This document shows positions 40,599 to 50,730 of a stretch of DNA of 64,000 nucleotides, one piece after another. Location: contig CAVONQ010000009.1 in assembly GCA_963697335.1 (NCBI GenBank), positions 20,413-84,412 of the forward strand, in the 5' to 3' direction. Position 1 is the stretch's first letter. The number at the start of each line of letters is the position of its first letter. The notes beneath the pieces were generated by a model. It saw only the letters and a program-made list of their open reading frames with translations. It was not told the DNA's origin and made no database searches. This DNA is from an uncultured cyanobacterium (GTDB lineage Bacteria; Cyanobacteriota; Cyanobacteriia; PCC-6307; Cyanobiaceae). Position numbers and translations under genes: made by a program.

Positions 40599-41650
40599 CC
40601 CGAGGAGCCCGGCGGCGGCGCGCTGGCCGGCGACTGCTGCAGAAACGCCTGCAGCGGGATCGGCTTGGCCTGGTTGTAACCCACGGGCAGCCAGAGGTCG
40701 CCGGCGGCGGTGGCGAAGTGGATCTCCCAGTGGTAGAGGCCCAGGTAGGCGCGCGGATCCTCCTCGATCAGGGAGGCGTAGAGGAGCACGGCGCGGCCGT
40801 AGTTGTCGCTGTTGTTGTAGCCCCAGAGGCCCTTGCGGATGTCCTTGAGGCCACCGCGGCGCACCAGGTAGCGGCCGGCGGCCTGGATGGCGTCGTGGGG
40901 ATCGCGGATGTTGCCCTTGCCCACCCCGGCCTGGGCCCAGGTGGTGGGCAGGAACTGCATCGGCCCCTGGGCATTGGCCACCGACACGCCATCGATGCGG
41001 CCCATGCCGGTTTCCACCAGGTTCACCGCCGCCAGCACCTCCCAGTCGATGCCGGTGGCGGCCTCCGCCTGCTTGTAGAAGCCGATCAGGGTGTCGGCGG
41101 GCGCTGGCTGGATGATGCGCCAGGCCGGCAGGGTGGTGGCCTTGGGCCCGCTGCGGTGCATGGCCAGGAAGGCCCGCCGGGCTTCCAGGTGGCGGTCGTA
41201 GACGCTCTGCCAGCGGGGATCGAGGGCTGGGCGCACCTGGGCCGCCAGGGCTTCCTGGTGGGAGAGCACCCGGTAGATCACCTGCTGCTGGTGGCCCAGT
41301 GCCGGCAGCTCCTGGGCCGGGGTCTCCGGGTCGCGCAGGGCGGTCTCCACCGCGCTCAGCAGGGCGGCGATCGCGGCGGGCTCGGCCGGCAGCAGGGGGT
41401 AATGACGGCCGTCGGCGCTGCGGCTCAGATCTGCCGCGCTGGGCAGAGCCACGCTGGTGGGCGCCTCGCTGGGTGTCGCCTCGTTGGGGGACCCCAAGGA
41501 GGTGGCTGTTGGCCCTGCTCCAGGGCCCTGCGGGGTAGGGCCGCTGAGGGATTCGGCCAGATAGGGGCGCCACCAGACCCCGGCGCCCAGAGCGATCAAG
41601 CCCACGCTCAGCAGGGACAGCTGCGCACGGCGACGGCGGGTCAACGGCAT
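40592..41650 (-). CDS. Lytic transglycosylase (SLT domain) with N-terminal anchor
   Basis: AVNLVET catalytic Glu; AQGPMQFLPTTW; GYNNS. Confidence 0.83.
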   Translation of the reverse strand: MPLTRRRRAQLSLLSVGLIALGAGVWWRPYLAESLSGPTPQGPGAGPTATSLGSPNEATPSEAPTSVALPSAADLSRSADGRHYPLLPAEPAAIAALLSAVETALRDPETPAQELPALGHQQQVIYRVLSHQEALAAQVRPALDPRWQSVYDRHLEARRAFLAMHRSGPKATTLPAWRIIQPAPADTLIGFYKQAEAATGIDWEVLAAVNLVETGMGRIDGVSVANAQGPMQFLPTTWAQAGVGKGNIRDPHDAIQAAGRYLVRRGGLKDIRKGLWGYNNSDNYGRAVLLYASLIEEDPRAYLGLYHWEIHFATAAGDLWLPVGYNQAKPIPLQAFLQQSPASAPPPGSSGY

Positions 41651-41700
41651 CGGCGCGTTCTCAAAGGCAAGACCGCTGAGGCTATGGCGTGGAAGCCCGA

Positions 41701-43506
41701 CTAGGGGGCCTGGGATCCCTCGGCCTGCGGGGGCTGGCCCAGGTACGTCTGACGTGGGGTGCCCAGCCGGATCCCCGCCTGGTTCAGGTTCCGCAGCAGG
41801 CGCAGGCGGAATTCCCGGCTCACGGCCCAGTGTTGGCCAGGAGCGGTGTCGATCCAGGTGGTGACGGTGAGGCCACCGTGACCGATGGCATCGATACCCA
41901 GCACCGCAGGCGGCGCCACAATCAAGCCGCCCCAGTCGGGGTCCTGCTGCAACTGCTCGCCGGTCTGGCTGGTGACCGCCAGGGCCAGATCCGGGTCGCT
42001 GTCCACGTCCACGTCCACGCTCACGTTCACCCGTGACCAGTTGCGGGTGAGGTTCTTCACCTGGCTGATGGTGCTGTTCGGCAGGGTGATGAACTCACCA
42101 CCCGCACTGCGCAGCTGGGTCACCCGCAGGTTCAGGCGTTCGACGGCGCCGCTGAGTCCCCCCACGTCGATCACATCGCCGATGGCGAACTGGTCTTCGG
42201 CCAGGATCAGAAAGCCGTTCACCAGATCGCGCACCAGGTTCTGCGCCCCGAAGCTGATGGCCAGGCCGAGCAGGCCACCGATTGCCAGGATCGAGCTGTT
42301 GGGCACCCCCACCACCCCCAGCGCCGACAGCATCCCGGCCACCGAGATCACCACCACCAGCAAGCCCCGGCCGGCATCGAGGATCGTGGAAAAGCGCAGC
42401 CGCAGGCGCTTGCTCTGGTCGGTGGTGCCGCCACGGGCGGCGTGCCGATCCAGCCAGCGGGCCTCGAAGCGATCCAGCAGACGGATCGAGAAACGGATCG
42501 CCAGGGTGGCGCAGAACCACACCGTGAGCAGCTTCAGGGGGATGCCCACGAAGCCATTGCTGAGCGTCGCCAGGCCAGGCAGCTGACGTAGCAACAGATA
42601 GGTGCCTGCGTAGAGCAGCAGCAGCAGCAGCCAAAACAGCAGCCATTGCCACAGCCCCCAGATGCCGAGCCGGCGCCTGAGCCGAACGGGCTCTAGAGCG
42701 GCGTCTTCGAGGCGGTCGGGCCGTTGGCTCACCCCCGCTTTGGCCGGGGTGGCGTCGTGCTCGCGCAGGGCCTCGAGGCTGGCCTGCAGACGGGCCTGCA
42801 ACACCTTCTCACGGAGCTGGATGCGGTGTTTCAGAAGCAGAATCAGGCCAGTGCCGCCTGCCATCACCAGCAGGATTCGCATGAAGCGCAACAGGCTCCT
42901 GCCCAGGTTTTCGGGCCTGAGCCTGTAGCTGAAGTCGCGAATTTCATTCTCAAGTTGTTGGCGCCAGGTTTCCGCCAGCTCCTCTACCGGGATGCCGTGG
43001 TAATTGGCATCGGCCGTGGTCACCGAGGCGAGCACCAAGGGGCGGGGGTGCTTGACGTCCCGCGCCGTGATCACCACCACATTGTTGAGCTTGGCCGTCT
43101 CCACCCGCAGGCTGTCGCCATCCATCTGGCGCTCCACCGCCGCCAGGTCCACCCGCGCCTGGATTTCCCGGGCGCGTTGCTCCACGGGGTGTTGCTCGTC
43201 TGCCACCTCGTTGCGGTCGAGCACCGTGGGGGAGGCGATCTTGAACATCGTCTCGCCGTCAATCGGCGAAACCACTGTGGTGACCTCGATCTCGCCGAAG
43301 CGTTTGACGCCATCGGGGATGGTGCGGCCATTGCCGCCCGTGATGCTGTCGCCGAGGCTGATCTGGGCCAGGGCCGGCGCCAGGGTCCACGTCAGCAGGG
43401 CCAGCAGCAGTCCCAGTGCCACGGGCATCACCCTCAGCAGCCGGCGACGGGTCTGGCGCGCACGCTGGAGGAGAGGGACCTGCCTTGGTGCGCTGGATCT
43501 CAGCAT
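41701..43506 (-). CDS. Mechanosensitive channel, MscS family, large N-terminal extension
   Basis: LAISFGAQNLVRDLVNG; DQFAIGD; LRVTQLR; LPNS. Confidence 0.87.
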   Translation of the reverse strand: MLRSSAPRQVPLLQRARQTRRRLLRVMPVALGLLLALLTWTLAPALAQISLGDSITGGNGRTIPDGVKRFGEIEVTTVVSPIDGETMFKIASPTVLDRNEVADEQHPVEQRAREIQARVDLAAVERQMDGDSLRVETAKLNNVVVITARDVKHPRPLVLASVTTADANYHGIPVEELAETWRQQLENEIRDFSYRLRPENLGRSLLRFMRILLVMAGGTGLILLLKHRIQLREKVLQARLQASLEALREHDATPAKAGVSQRPDRLEDAALEPVRLRRRLGIWGLWQWLLFWLLLLLLYAGTYLLLRQLPGLATLSNGFVGIPLKLLTVWFCATLAIRFSIRLLDRFEARWLDRHAARGGTTDQSKRLRLRFSTILDAGRGLLVVVISVAGMLSALGVVGVPNSSILAIGGLLGLAISFGAQNLVRDLVNGFLILAEDQFAIGDVIDVGGLSGAVERLNLRVTQLRSAGGEFITLPNSTISQVKNLTRNWSRVNVSVDVDVDSDPDLALAVTSQTGEQLQQDPDWGGLIVAPPAVLGIDAIGHGGLTVTTWIDTAPGQHWAVSREFRLRLLRNLNQAGIRLGTPRQTYLGQPPQAEGSQAP

Positions 43507-43589
43507 CGCCCCTGGCCCTTCTGGGCCGATGGTGACACATGGGCCCGGGTGCTGACTGGTGCATGGTGGAGCCTGCGACGCTCCCTGCC

Positions 43590-43982
43590 ATGGCCGATGC
43601 CCCTTACCTGGTTGCCCTGGCGCTCTGCACGGTTGCAGGCGAGAGGGCCCTGCCCCTGACGGGCCTCTCGCTGCCGACGCCACCAGCTGCGGCAGGTCCT
43701 GGGCCCTTGGGCGAGCAGTTGGCCCTGGAGTTGTTGCTGCAGCTGTGGCAGCGCAGTGGGGCTGGCTCCCTGCAGCGGGCTGAGGACCCCAGCCTGCTGT
43801 TGGTGGAGCTGCCGTTGGCGCAGATGAGCGAGCGGTTGCCCCTGCTCAAGCGCGATTGGCTGGCCGGTGGCTCCACGGCGGCGTTCCTGGCGGGCCTGGC
43901 CAGCCTGAGCCTGCGGGGCTGGACGGCCTCGATCGCCAAGCGTGAGCCGGTTCGCTTCTCGCCCTGGCCTGCCACGCCTTGA
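43590..43982 (+). CDS. Hypothetical protein
   Basis: MADAPYLVALAL...LALELLLQLWQRS ORF with host-like codon usage. Confidence 0.65.
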   Translation: MADAPYLVALALCTVAGERALPLTGLSLPTPPAAAGPGPLGEQLALELLLQLWQRSGAGSLQRAEDPSLLLVELPLAQMSERLPLLKRDWLAGGSTAAFLAGLASLSLRGWTASIAKREPVRFSPWPATP

Positions 43983-44016
43983 GCCGCCAGGCTGGTGTGG
44001 TGCTTGCCCGAGGGCC

Positions 44017-44403
44017 ATGGCCGCCCGCGACGGGGCGGGCTTGGCGGCGCCCCAGACCGGTGTGGCGCTGCGGCTGGTGATCTTCGGGATCACCCACAAC
44101 CCCCGCTACCGCGAGGCGCCGACGATCGCCGAAACGGCGTTGATCAACCCGTTGATCACCCCCCTGGGCGAAGCGCGCAGCAGCGGCTGGGAAGGCTGCC
44201 TGAGTGTGCCCGGGCTGCGGGGGGGCGTGGATCCGGCGGGTCTTCCCGTGGTGCGGGAGGTGGAGGGCTTCCATGCCCGCGTGGTGCAGCGCGAGTGCGA
44301 TCGCCTCGATGGCGTGCTGTTCCCGGACCGCGTCGAGCCCCGCAGCGCCCTGGGCTTCACGGAGGAGCTGGTGGGGGCGGGGGTGTTGGCGCAGGCCCGT
44401 TAA
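44017..44403 (+). pseudogene. def: Degenerate peptide deformylase
   Basis: GAGLAAPQ and EGCLSVPG present; HExDH is RECDR; N-terminus missing; deletion after GLRG. Confidence 0.75.
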
Positions 44404-44412
44404 GCCGTGACC

Positions 44413-44925
44413 TCAGGCCGCCTGGGGGCCAGTGCCGGCGCTATCAAAAAAGCGCCGCAGATTCACGCCGGCTTCGAAGGCACTTCCGTTGAGCTCCGCC
44501 TGCTGCTCGGGGCTGAGGCCATCCCAGAAGGCATGGAACAGGTCCACAGAGGCCTTGCCCATGCCCACGGCGCCCAGCAGCGTCAGCGGCAGGCTGAGCC
44601 AGGGGAACACCAGCAGCAGCACCCCGAGGGCTGCGCTCACCACGGCGCCCTGCTTGCTCGATTCCCACACGGTGGCGGCGATGCTCTGGAGCTGGCTGGT
44701 GCGATCGATCTCGCCGCGGCGGCGCATCGCCTCGGTGCGCAGGGCGGCGAGCAGGGCCTGGTAGATGGCGTACACCGCCACCCCACCCACGGTGGATTCA
44801 CTGACAAACTCCCCGCCGCTGAGCGGGTTGCCGCTGCCGTTGAGATCGATTGAGGCGAGCCCCGCCAGCGGCGCCACTTCCCAGCCGGCGCGGGGGATGC
44901 GAAAGGGATCGCGGTCGCGGCCCAT
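44413..44925 (-). CDS. Hypothetical protein with a hydrophobic segment
   Basis: ORF from ATG 44925 with host-like codon usage. Confidence 0.6.
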   Translation of the reverse strand: MGRDRDPFRIPRAGWEVAPLAGLASIDLNGSGNPLSGGEFVSESTVGGVAVYAIYQALLAALRTEAMRRRGEIDRTSQLQSIAATVWESSKQGAVVSAALGVLLLVFPWLSLPLTLLGAVGMGKASVDLFHAFWDGLSPEQQAELNGSAFEAGVNLRRFFDSAGTGPQAA

Positions 44926-45149
44926 GGCTGAGATGGATCTGGGAAACCATTGTGGCCCAGGTGGACGCATCCCGGCCAGGGCTACAGGCGAACTGCCATC
45001 AGCGGCGGCCCAGTGGCGGCAATCAGGACTGCGATGAAGGACTGAGCCTTCGCATGTCACGACCGACTTGCCGATCCTGCTGAGTTGACCTCAGCCAATT
45101 CCTCTGCCCATTCAGTCGCTCTTGCTGAAAGCCCTGAACTAGTGCTGTC

Positions 45150-45413
45150 CTATGGCCCCCGCTCTGGCCAATCCTGAAACTCTCCCCCATGGAAGTCGAT
45201 GTCTATCTCTAGGGGTTGCGCCTGAAAGCGTTGCAGGACGTCAGCCACGACCTTGTTGTAGATGCTGGGCCCTACTTCTTGCACGAAGAAATCAAGTAGC
45301 ACGCTGGCAGCGATGACCCCGATTTCTTCCTACTTGACTTCTTCAAAGTATCTCGCAAGGGAAGCGGCTGCTTTTCTGCCCCCATCCTTGGTCAAGTGGA
45401 TTGACAAAGACAC
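45150..45413 (-). pseudogene. DUF2164-like protein with in-frame TAG
   Basis: MSLSIHLTKDGGRKAAASLARYFEEVK*EEIGVIAASVLLDFFVQEVGPSIYNKVVADV; stop at 45330-45332. Confidence 0.65.
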
Positions 45414-45480
45414 TTCTCTTCCCATTCCGGGGCTGGCATGTGAAATAGTGGTTCATCCCTGTTCCCGCTGGCTGGGGGCC

Positions 45481-45972
45481 TCAGTTCCTGGTAAAGGGGG
45501 CGCCACTGGTCAACGTCTGATCCCCTGGCCATAGGGCCGTCGTCGCCAGGCTGACCACGATCCCCAGTGACACTTCCAGCAATCGATGCAGGCCCACCAG
45601 CCAAGTCGGCTGCCCACTGGCCACCAGGACCACGACAGCCAAGGTGACACCGCCGAAACGATAGGCCGCAATATTGAGTCTCAGCCCACCACACACCAGG
45701 CCCACGATGAAGACCCCGATCGCGAACGATAGGGTTCGTGGTGCAATGCAGGCGGCGAGCAGGGCACCGAAGAACGAACCCAGCACTGTGCCGATCAGCC
45801 GGTCTTTCGACACCGCCCACGCGGCTCCGAGGCTTGACTGCATCACAATCAGGGTGGCTGCCATGGTCGTGCGGGCGGAGTGCAGGGCCCAGGAGCGCAT
45901 GCTGCCGGCCGGAATCCAAGCCCCTGGAGTCTTTCTCATGCCGTGTGCCGCCATCCATCGATGTAGATCCAT
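45481..45972 (-). pseudogene. FUSC-family membrane protein, apparently internally deleted
   Basis: TLIVMQSSLGAA, DRLIGTVLG and HRLLEVSLGI; the usual YWA-containing helix between ARTT and TLIVMQ is missing. Confidence 0.55.
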
Positions 45973-46640
45973 TCCATCGCGGCGGTCGGCGAGAGCAGCT
46001 GGCGGTAGGGAAAGCCCCGGGCCGCTGCGATCAGACTATCGAGCAGGGACTTCATCACCGTGGCGCTCCTCCCATACACCAGTCTGGATGCGGCAAGCCC
46101 CCATGGCTCCAGAAGGACTGGCGCGAGTTCAGGTTGCTGCAGAGCGAAAAGGCGGCGAGGGGCAAGAAGCCGGTGCCCAGCACCGTGAACAGGCGATGGA
46201 GAGCCTGGGTGACGCTGGTTACCGCTACCTTGCGGGGCCTTGGAAGACCCACAGTCGGCCTCGATCTGAGGAACGTAGACCGGAGGCTTGGCAAAGGGTT
46301 CATAGGTGTCGCTGCGGTGGACGCCGTCGAGCCTTGTCAGGCCAGAGCCCAGGGAGATTCCGGCTCGCCTGCCATCAGCGCCAGGGCCAGGCTGGCGGAA
46401 GGGGGCATGCCGAAATCTCAAGACAAGACAAGGTTTACCGAGGGAATTCGGAATCAACAGCCTGGCGATGGGCAGCCATACTCAGCGGCTGCAGCTCAAC
46501 AGTGGCTGCGGCTCAGTAGCCCCAGACCAGAATTCATCAGCCAGGAGAATGCACCGGTTGATGGCCTGGAGAGATCCTGATCGAGCTGCTTGGAGGGCTG
46601 AACGGAGGCATGGAAAGGCTCCATTGTTGGCTGCCTGATT

Positions 46641-47339
46641 TCATTCCCTGTTGGGAGTTGCAGGGCTGGGGCTCGGCGTACAGTGCTGTCGATGGGATCG
46701 CACGGCACGCATCACACTTCCTGAGGTGAGAATACGTGATGGGGATAGATCCATCCCAGCACTCTGGAGGCCTTTTGCAATCCACGTGTTACAGGTGTTG
46801 AGCAAGGAATATCTCCCCTTGCCAGCATAGAACAGGCTGTTGCCGTAGAGGCCTTGTTTGAGTCGTACCAAGGGCCCCCGATGGCCATGGGAAAAGCTGT
46901 TTGCCAAAAACTCTGAAACAGATGACATTTCCTGTGTCGTGAGGCAGGTGCTGATCACTTCCAGACGATGAAACTCTCTGGCAGGGGAGTGCGGAATGGC
47001 AACGACGTGCACAACAGAGCCTTTGGAGCTAAACAAGGCTTGCAAGCCCAAGCCAATCGTGGGGTCTTGTGCCTGATAGAAGTCTCGATCACCCCAGCCA
47101 ACTTCATAGTAGGCCGCAGTGCCAAATCGCTCCCTGAGTTCAGGAATCTCCTGATTCAGATGGCTTGCTGGAATCATCAAGCTGGCATGCCAGCCATGAT
47201 TCACGACATGCACCTGATGCGATCGTACCGCCGTGAATGACTCATGGGCCGGTTCGTCGACATAGGGGCTTCTTGAGCATGCTGTGATGGCAAATACTCC
47301 CAGAATAATTCCAGCCGCTTTGATGGAAATCTCCTGCAT
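46641..47339 (-). CDS. DUF2459 / TIGR02117-like lipoprotein
   Basis: ITAC lipobox; NHGWHASL; EVGWGDRDFY; YSLLNTCNTW; lower GC than the host. Confidence 0.78.
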   Translation of the reverse strand: MQEISIKAAGIILGVFAITACSRSPYVDEPAHESFTAVRSHQVHVVNHGWHASLMIPASHLNQEIPELRERFGTAAYYEVGWGDRDFYQAQDPTIGLGLQALFSSKGSVVHVVAIPHSPAREFHRLEVISTCLTTQEMSSVSEFLANSFSHGHRGPLVRLKQGLYGNSLFYAGKGRYSLLNTCNTWIAKGLQSAGMDLSPSRILTSGSVMRAVRSHRQHCTPSPSPATPNRE

Positions 47340-47557
47340 GGCTATCAGTCATGATATGAGACTAGATCTTGCTTGTTTGCTTCAATGATGGATTAACGTG
47401 TGTCCACACTCCGATCCAAGCCGTTTCAATGAAATGTTTGAGCCAATGTTCGAGACCATGGCCTGGCTTGCCGTTGATCTCTGAGCCAAGAGTGTTCTAG
47501 CAAGATCAATCTTGTCGACTGGGGCGATGCCTCCATTCTCGCGACATCAAGCCGCAG

Positions 47558-47585
47558 AAAAAGCCCCCGGGACCAACCGGGGGCG
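47558..47585 (-). terminator. Rho-independent terminator downstream of hsp20
   Basis: Minus strand GCCCCCGG-TTGGTC-CCGGGGGC-TTTTT. Confidence 0.75.
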
Positions 47586-47650
47586 CAGTGTTCTCAGACC
47601 TGTTGCGGATCCTGGGGTTGGTCGGGGGCGATGGGGGTGCCCCCAGTCCT

Positions 47651-48115
47651 TCAACCCTCCACTTTCACCGACACGCTGGTGTGTTGCGGGGCCTTTGGCG
47701 CCGTCACGGTGAGCACACCGTCGCGGTAGACGGCGCTGATCCGCTGGGGATCAATCGGTGTTGAGAAGCGGAAGCTGCGGCTCCAGGTGCCGTAGCGGAA
47801 CTCGCTGATCAGGGGTTGCCGCTGGGCTTGGGCAGCGGCCTCAGGCTGGGCTCCTGCTTCGTTGGCCGGGGCGTCCTGCACGGCTGCGTCCTGGGCGGAG
47901 CGGCGCTCGGCGCTGATCTGCAAGGTGCGTTCGGTGGCCTTCACATCGATGGCGTCGCGGTCAACGCCCGGGAGTTCCAGGCTGATCGCGTAGGCCTCGC
48001 TGCTGTCATGCACTTCAGCGGCGGGCACGCGTGCGGCTTCCTGACGTTGGTGGGAGAGCTGTTCTTCGAGCCGATCGAACAGTTCAAAGGGAGAAGAGGT
48101 GCGCAGGTTGAGCAT
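47651..48115 (-). CDS. hspA: Small heat shock protein (Hsp20/alpha-crystallin)
   Basis: ELPGV; SEFRYGTWSRSFRF; AVYRDGVLTVTAPK. Confidence 0.9.
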   Translation of the reverse strand: MLNLRTSSPFELFDRLEEQLSHQRQEAARVPAAEVHDSSEAYAISLELPGVDRDAIDVKATERTLQISAERRSAQDAAVQDAPANEAGAQPEAAAQAQRQPLISEFRYGTWSRSFRFSTPIDPQRISAVYRDGVLTVTAPKAPQHTSVSVKVEG

Positions 48116-48196
48116 GGTTCTGGTGGCGAAGTTGCTGGTGTGCGGGGTCTCATCGCCCCCGTGCAACAACCATCGCCCACCTGCCCAGATCCTGGG

Positions 48197-48275
48197 ATGG
48201 GGTGAACCGAACGTTCTGATTCGGCCCTCACGACAACAGTCGGCTCACCCCCATTGGCTGGGCGGAGAACCGAAT
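48197..48275. promoter_or_regulatory. Cluster of four K-box-like motifs upstream of hsp20
   Basis: GTTCGGTTCACC (-), ATTCGGCCCTCA (+), AGTCGGCTCACC (+), ATTCGGTTCTCC (-). Confidence 0.4.
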
Positions 48276-48890
48276 CATGGCGTCTTGATGGGCAAGGCTT
48301 CTGCCTGTCCAGGCCATCGTTCTGATCACCAACAAAGCCCGGAGCAGGGCTCCAGGCTTGGCCTGCTGCCGCTGCGGACCGTCTGATCGCAGCGGCAGGG
48401 TCTTGGGTTGGCGGAGCTGCTGGCGCGGTCACCTGGGGCCAGGTGTCCAAGGGGACGTTCCGTTGGGATCCGGGGCACCTGGGGACAAGGTCGAGGACAG
48501 GTCCCGTAAGCGATGCGGTGGATGGCGAAGGCTGGAGGTGGGGGCAGGAAAGCTGGCTAGCCAGCATCACGGCCGCTCAGCCTGCGACAGGCCTGGAACG
48601 TCGATGATCCGTTGAGAGTGTTGGAGCAGGGGCCGGATCGTCAGCGCGCTCCTGGTGTCTGCTGCGGGGGGGTGTCTTCCATCTGTGGAGCCTCCGAATC
48701 CCGATGGGTTCAGCTTCGTGCAGGTGTGCAGCAGGTGTCTGCTTAGTGCCTGGAGCCGTCATGGCTCTTCACCGGCGGCAACGGCTCTTCATCAAGAAGG
48801 CTTGCAGCCCGCGCCGCTGCAGCCCGCAGCCGCTCGCTGGCTCAGCGGCCCATCTGACTAGGGTCTGGGCTCACAAGGTGTTCCGTCTTC

Positions 48891-49694
48891 ATGCAAGGTT
48901 CCATGCGTCCAGCCGGTGGAGGGGGGCTCGGCTCGGTCGTTCAGTTGATCATCGCGGGGGTGCTGGCCCTGCTGATCCTGCTGAGCCAGACCATTTTCAT
49001 CGTTCCCGCCGGCACCGTGGCCGTGGTGACCACCCTGGGCAAGGTGACTGGAGGGCAGCGCAATCCCGGCGCCAATTTCAAGATTCCCCTGGTGCAGGCC
49101 ATCTCCTCCTTCGACGTGCGCACGCAGGTACGCCCCGAGCAGTTCTCCACCCTCACCAAAGACCTGCAGGTGATCCAAGCCACGGCCACGGTGAAGTACG
49201 CCGTGAAGCCTGCAGAAGCCGGCCGGATCTTTGAAACGATCGCCACCGATAACTCCCAGATCTATGCGCGGGTGATCCAGCCATCGCTGCTCAAGGCGCT
49301 CAAATCGGTGTTCTCGCAATACGAGCTGGTCACGATCGCCACCGAGTGGAACAGCATCTCCGAACTGGTGCAGGACAAGGTGGCCGGCGAACTCAGCAAG
49401 TTCAACTATGTGATCGTGCAGGGCCTCGACCTCACCGGTCTGCAGATCGCCGAGGAATACCGGGCTGCGATCGAGCAGAAGCAGATCGCCGAACAGCAAC
49501 TGCTGCGCGCCCAGACCGAAGTGAAGATCGCCGATCAGGAGGCCAAGCGCTACGAGATCCTCAACCAGAGCCTCGATGATCAGGTGCTCTACAAGCTCTT
49601 CCTCGACAAGTGGGACGGCCAGACCTCCGTGGTGCCCGCCCTGCCGGGGCTGGCTGGCGGCAGCCCCTCGGTGATCGTCAACGGCCGTCGCTGA
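48891..49694 (+). CDS. SPFH/prohibitin family protein
   Basis: N-terminal TM; IVPAG; TKDLQ; AIEQKQIAEQQ coiled coil; KWDG. Confidence 0.9.
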   Translation: MQGSMRPAGGGGLGSVVQLIIAGVLALLILLSQTIFIVPAGTVAVVTTLGKVTGGQRNPGANFKIPLVQAISSFDVRTQVRPEQFSTLTKDLQVIQATATVKYAVKPAEAGRIFETIATDNSQIYARVIQPSLLKALKSVFSQYELVTIATEWNSISELVQDKVAGELSKFNYVIVQGLDLTGLQIAEEYRAAIEQKQIAEQQLLRAQTEVKIADQEAKRYEILNQSLDDQVLYKLFLDKWDGQTSVVPALPGLAGGSPSVIVNGRR

Positions 49695-49707
49695 GGGGGC
49701 TGACTCC

Positions 49708-50730
49708 GTGGTCAGCTGCCTGGCCAGCTTCGGCTTCAGCCCCCTGATCAGCTCAGGGCTGGCCGCCCTGATCCAGCTCAGTGGCCCAGCACTTCAGCCC
49801 GGCCTCCTGCGCGGCTCCGCGGCGATGCCCCTGGAGCGGGCCACGGATGGCGATACGCCTGTGCTCAGCTTCCGCAGCGGTGGCCAGAGCCTGCGCTTCC
49901 TGGTGGACACCGGCGCCAGCTCCACGCTGGTGTCCCCCGCCCTCGTGCAGCGCCTGGGGCTGCAGGACACCCCCATCCCCCCGGAGGCCTTCGGTCTTGC
50001 CGGCGCCGGCGAGGGCTGTGCGGAGCTGCGGCCGCGTCGTGTGGCCTTGCCGCCGTTGCAGGCGGCGGCGTTGCCCCCAGGCAGCGGCAACAGCCTGCGG
50101 CTGCAGGGGGCTGAGGCCCTGGTCCTGACCGTGGCCGGTCTTCCCCCCGGGGTGGATGGGGTGCTCGGTGCGCCGCAGCTGCGGCAGCTGCCCCTCTGGG
50201 TCGACCCTGGCGCCGGCCGCCTGGCCCTGGGCACCGCTGCCCTTGGCCTGGCCGAGCGGGCCCGGGTTGCCGGAGCAGACCCCCCTGCTTCCACCACCCT
50301 GCCGATGCGCTGGAGCCAGGGCGTGCCCCTGCTGCGCCTGCGGCTGAGGCCGGTCCGAGCTTCTGCCCCAGGTTCGGCCGAGCCCACGGCCGACCGCACG
50401 GTGGAAGCCCTGGCGGACACCGGGGCCGAGGGGCTGTTCGTCACGGAGACCCTGGCGGCGGCGCTGCTCCAGGTGGAGGCAAGCCGCCCCCTGCAGGTGG
50501 CTGGCTTCTGCGGCCTGCAGCCGGCCCGCTGGATCCGGGTGCAGGGTCCCACCCTCCTGGGGGGCTTGCCCCCGGCGCCGGTGCAGGCGATTGTCACCGC
50601 CAACCCCGTGTTCGAGGCCCTGGGTGTGGAGGCGATCGTGGGTCAGGAACTGCTGCGCTCGCACCGCCAGCTCTGGCGTCTCGACAGCACACCTCCCAGC
50701 CTGCAGCTCTGGGGAGGGCACCGGCGGTGA
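49708..50730 (+). CDS. Retropepsin-like aspartyl protease with two catalytic domains
   Basis: FLVDTGAS...DGVLG and ALADTGAE...AIVG. Confidence 0.75.
   Translation: MVSCLASFGFSPLISSGLAALIQLSGPALQPGLLRGSAAMPLERATDGDTPVLSFRSGGQSLRFLVDTGASSTLVSPALVQRLGLQDTPIPPEAFGLAGAGEGCAELRPRRVALPPLQAAALPPGSGNSLRLQGAEALVLTVAGLPPGVDGVLGAPQLRQLPLWVDPGAGRLALGTAALGLAERARVAGADPPASTTLPMRWSQGVPLLRLRLRPVRASAPGSAEPTADRTVEALADTGAEGLFVTETLAAALLQVEASRPLQVAGFCGLQPARWIRVQGPTLLGGLPPAPVQAIVTANPVFEALGVEAIVGQELLRSHRQLWRLDSTPPSLQLWGGHRR

Noticed and set aside
48290..48860. Coding gene or sRNA between hsp20 and SPFH
   Set aside because: Only short ORFs without motifs and no convincing terminator or structure
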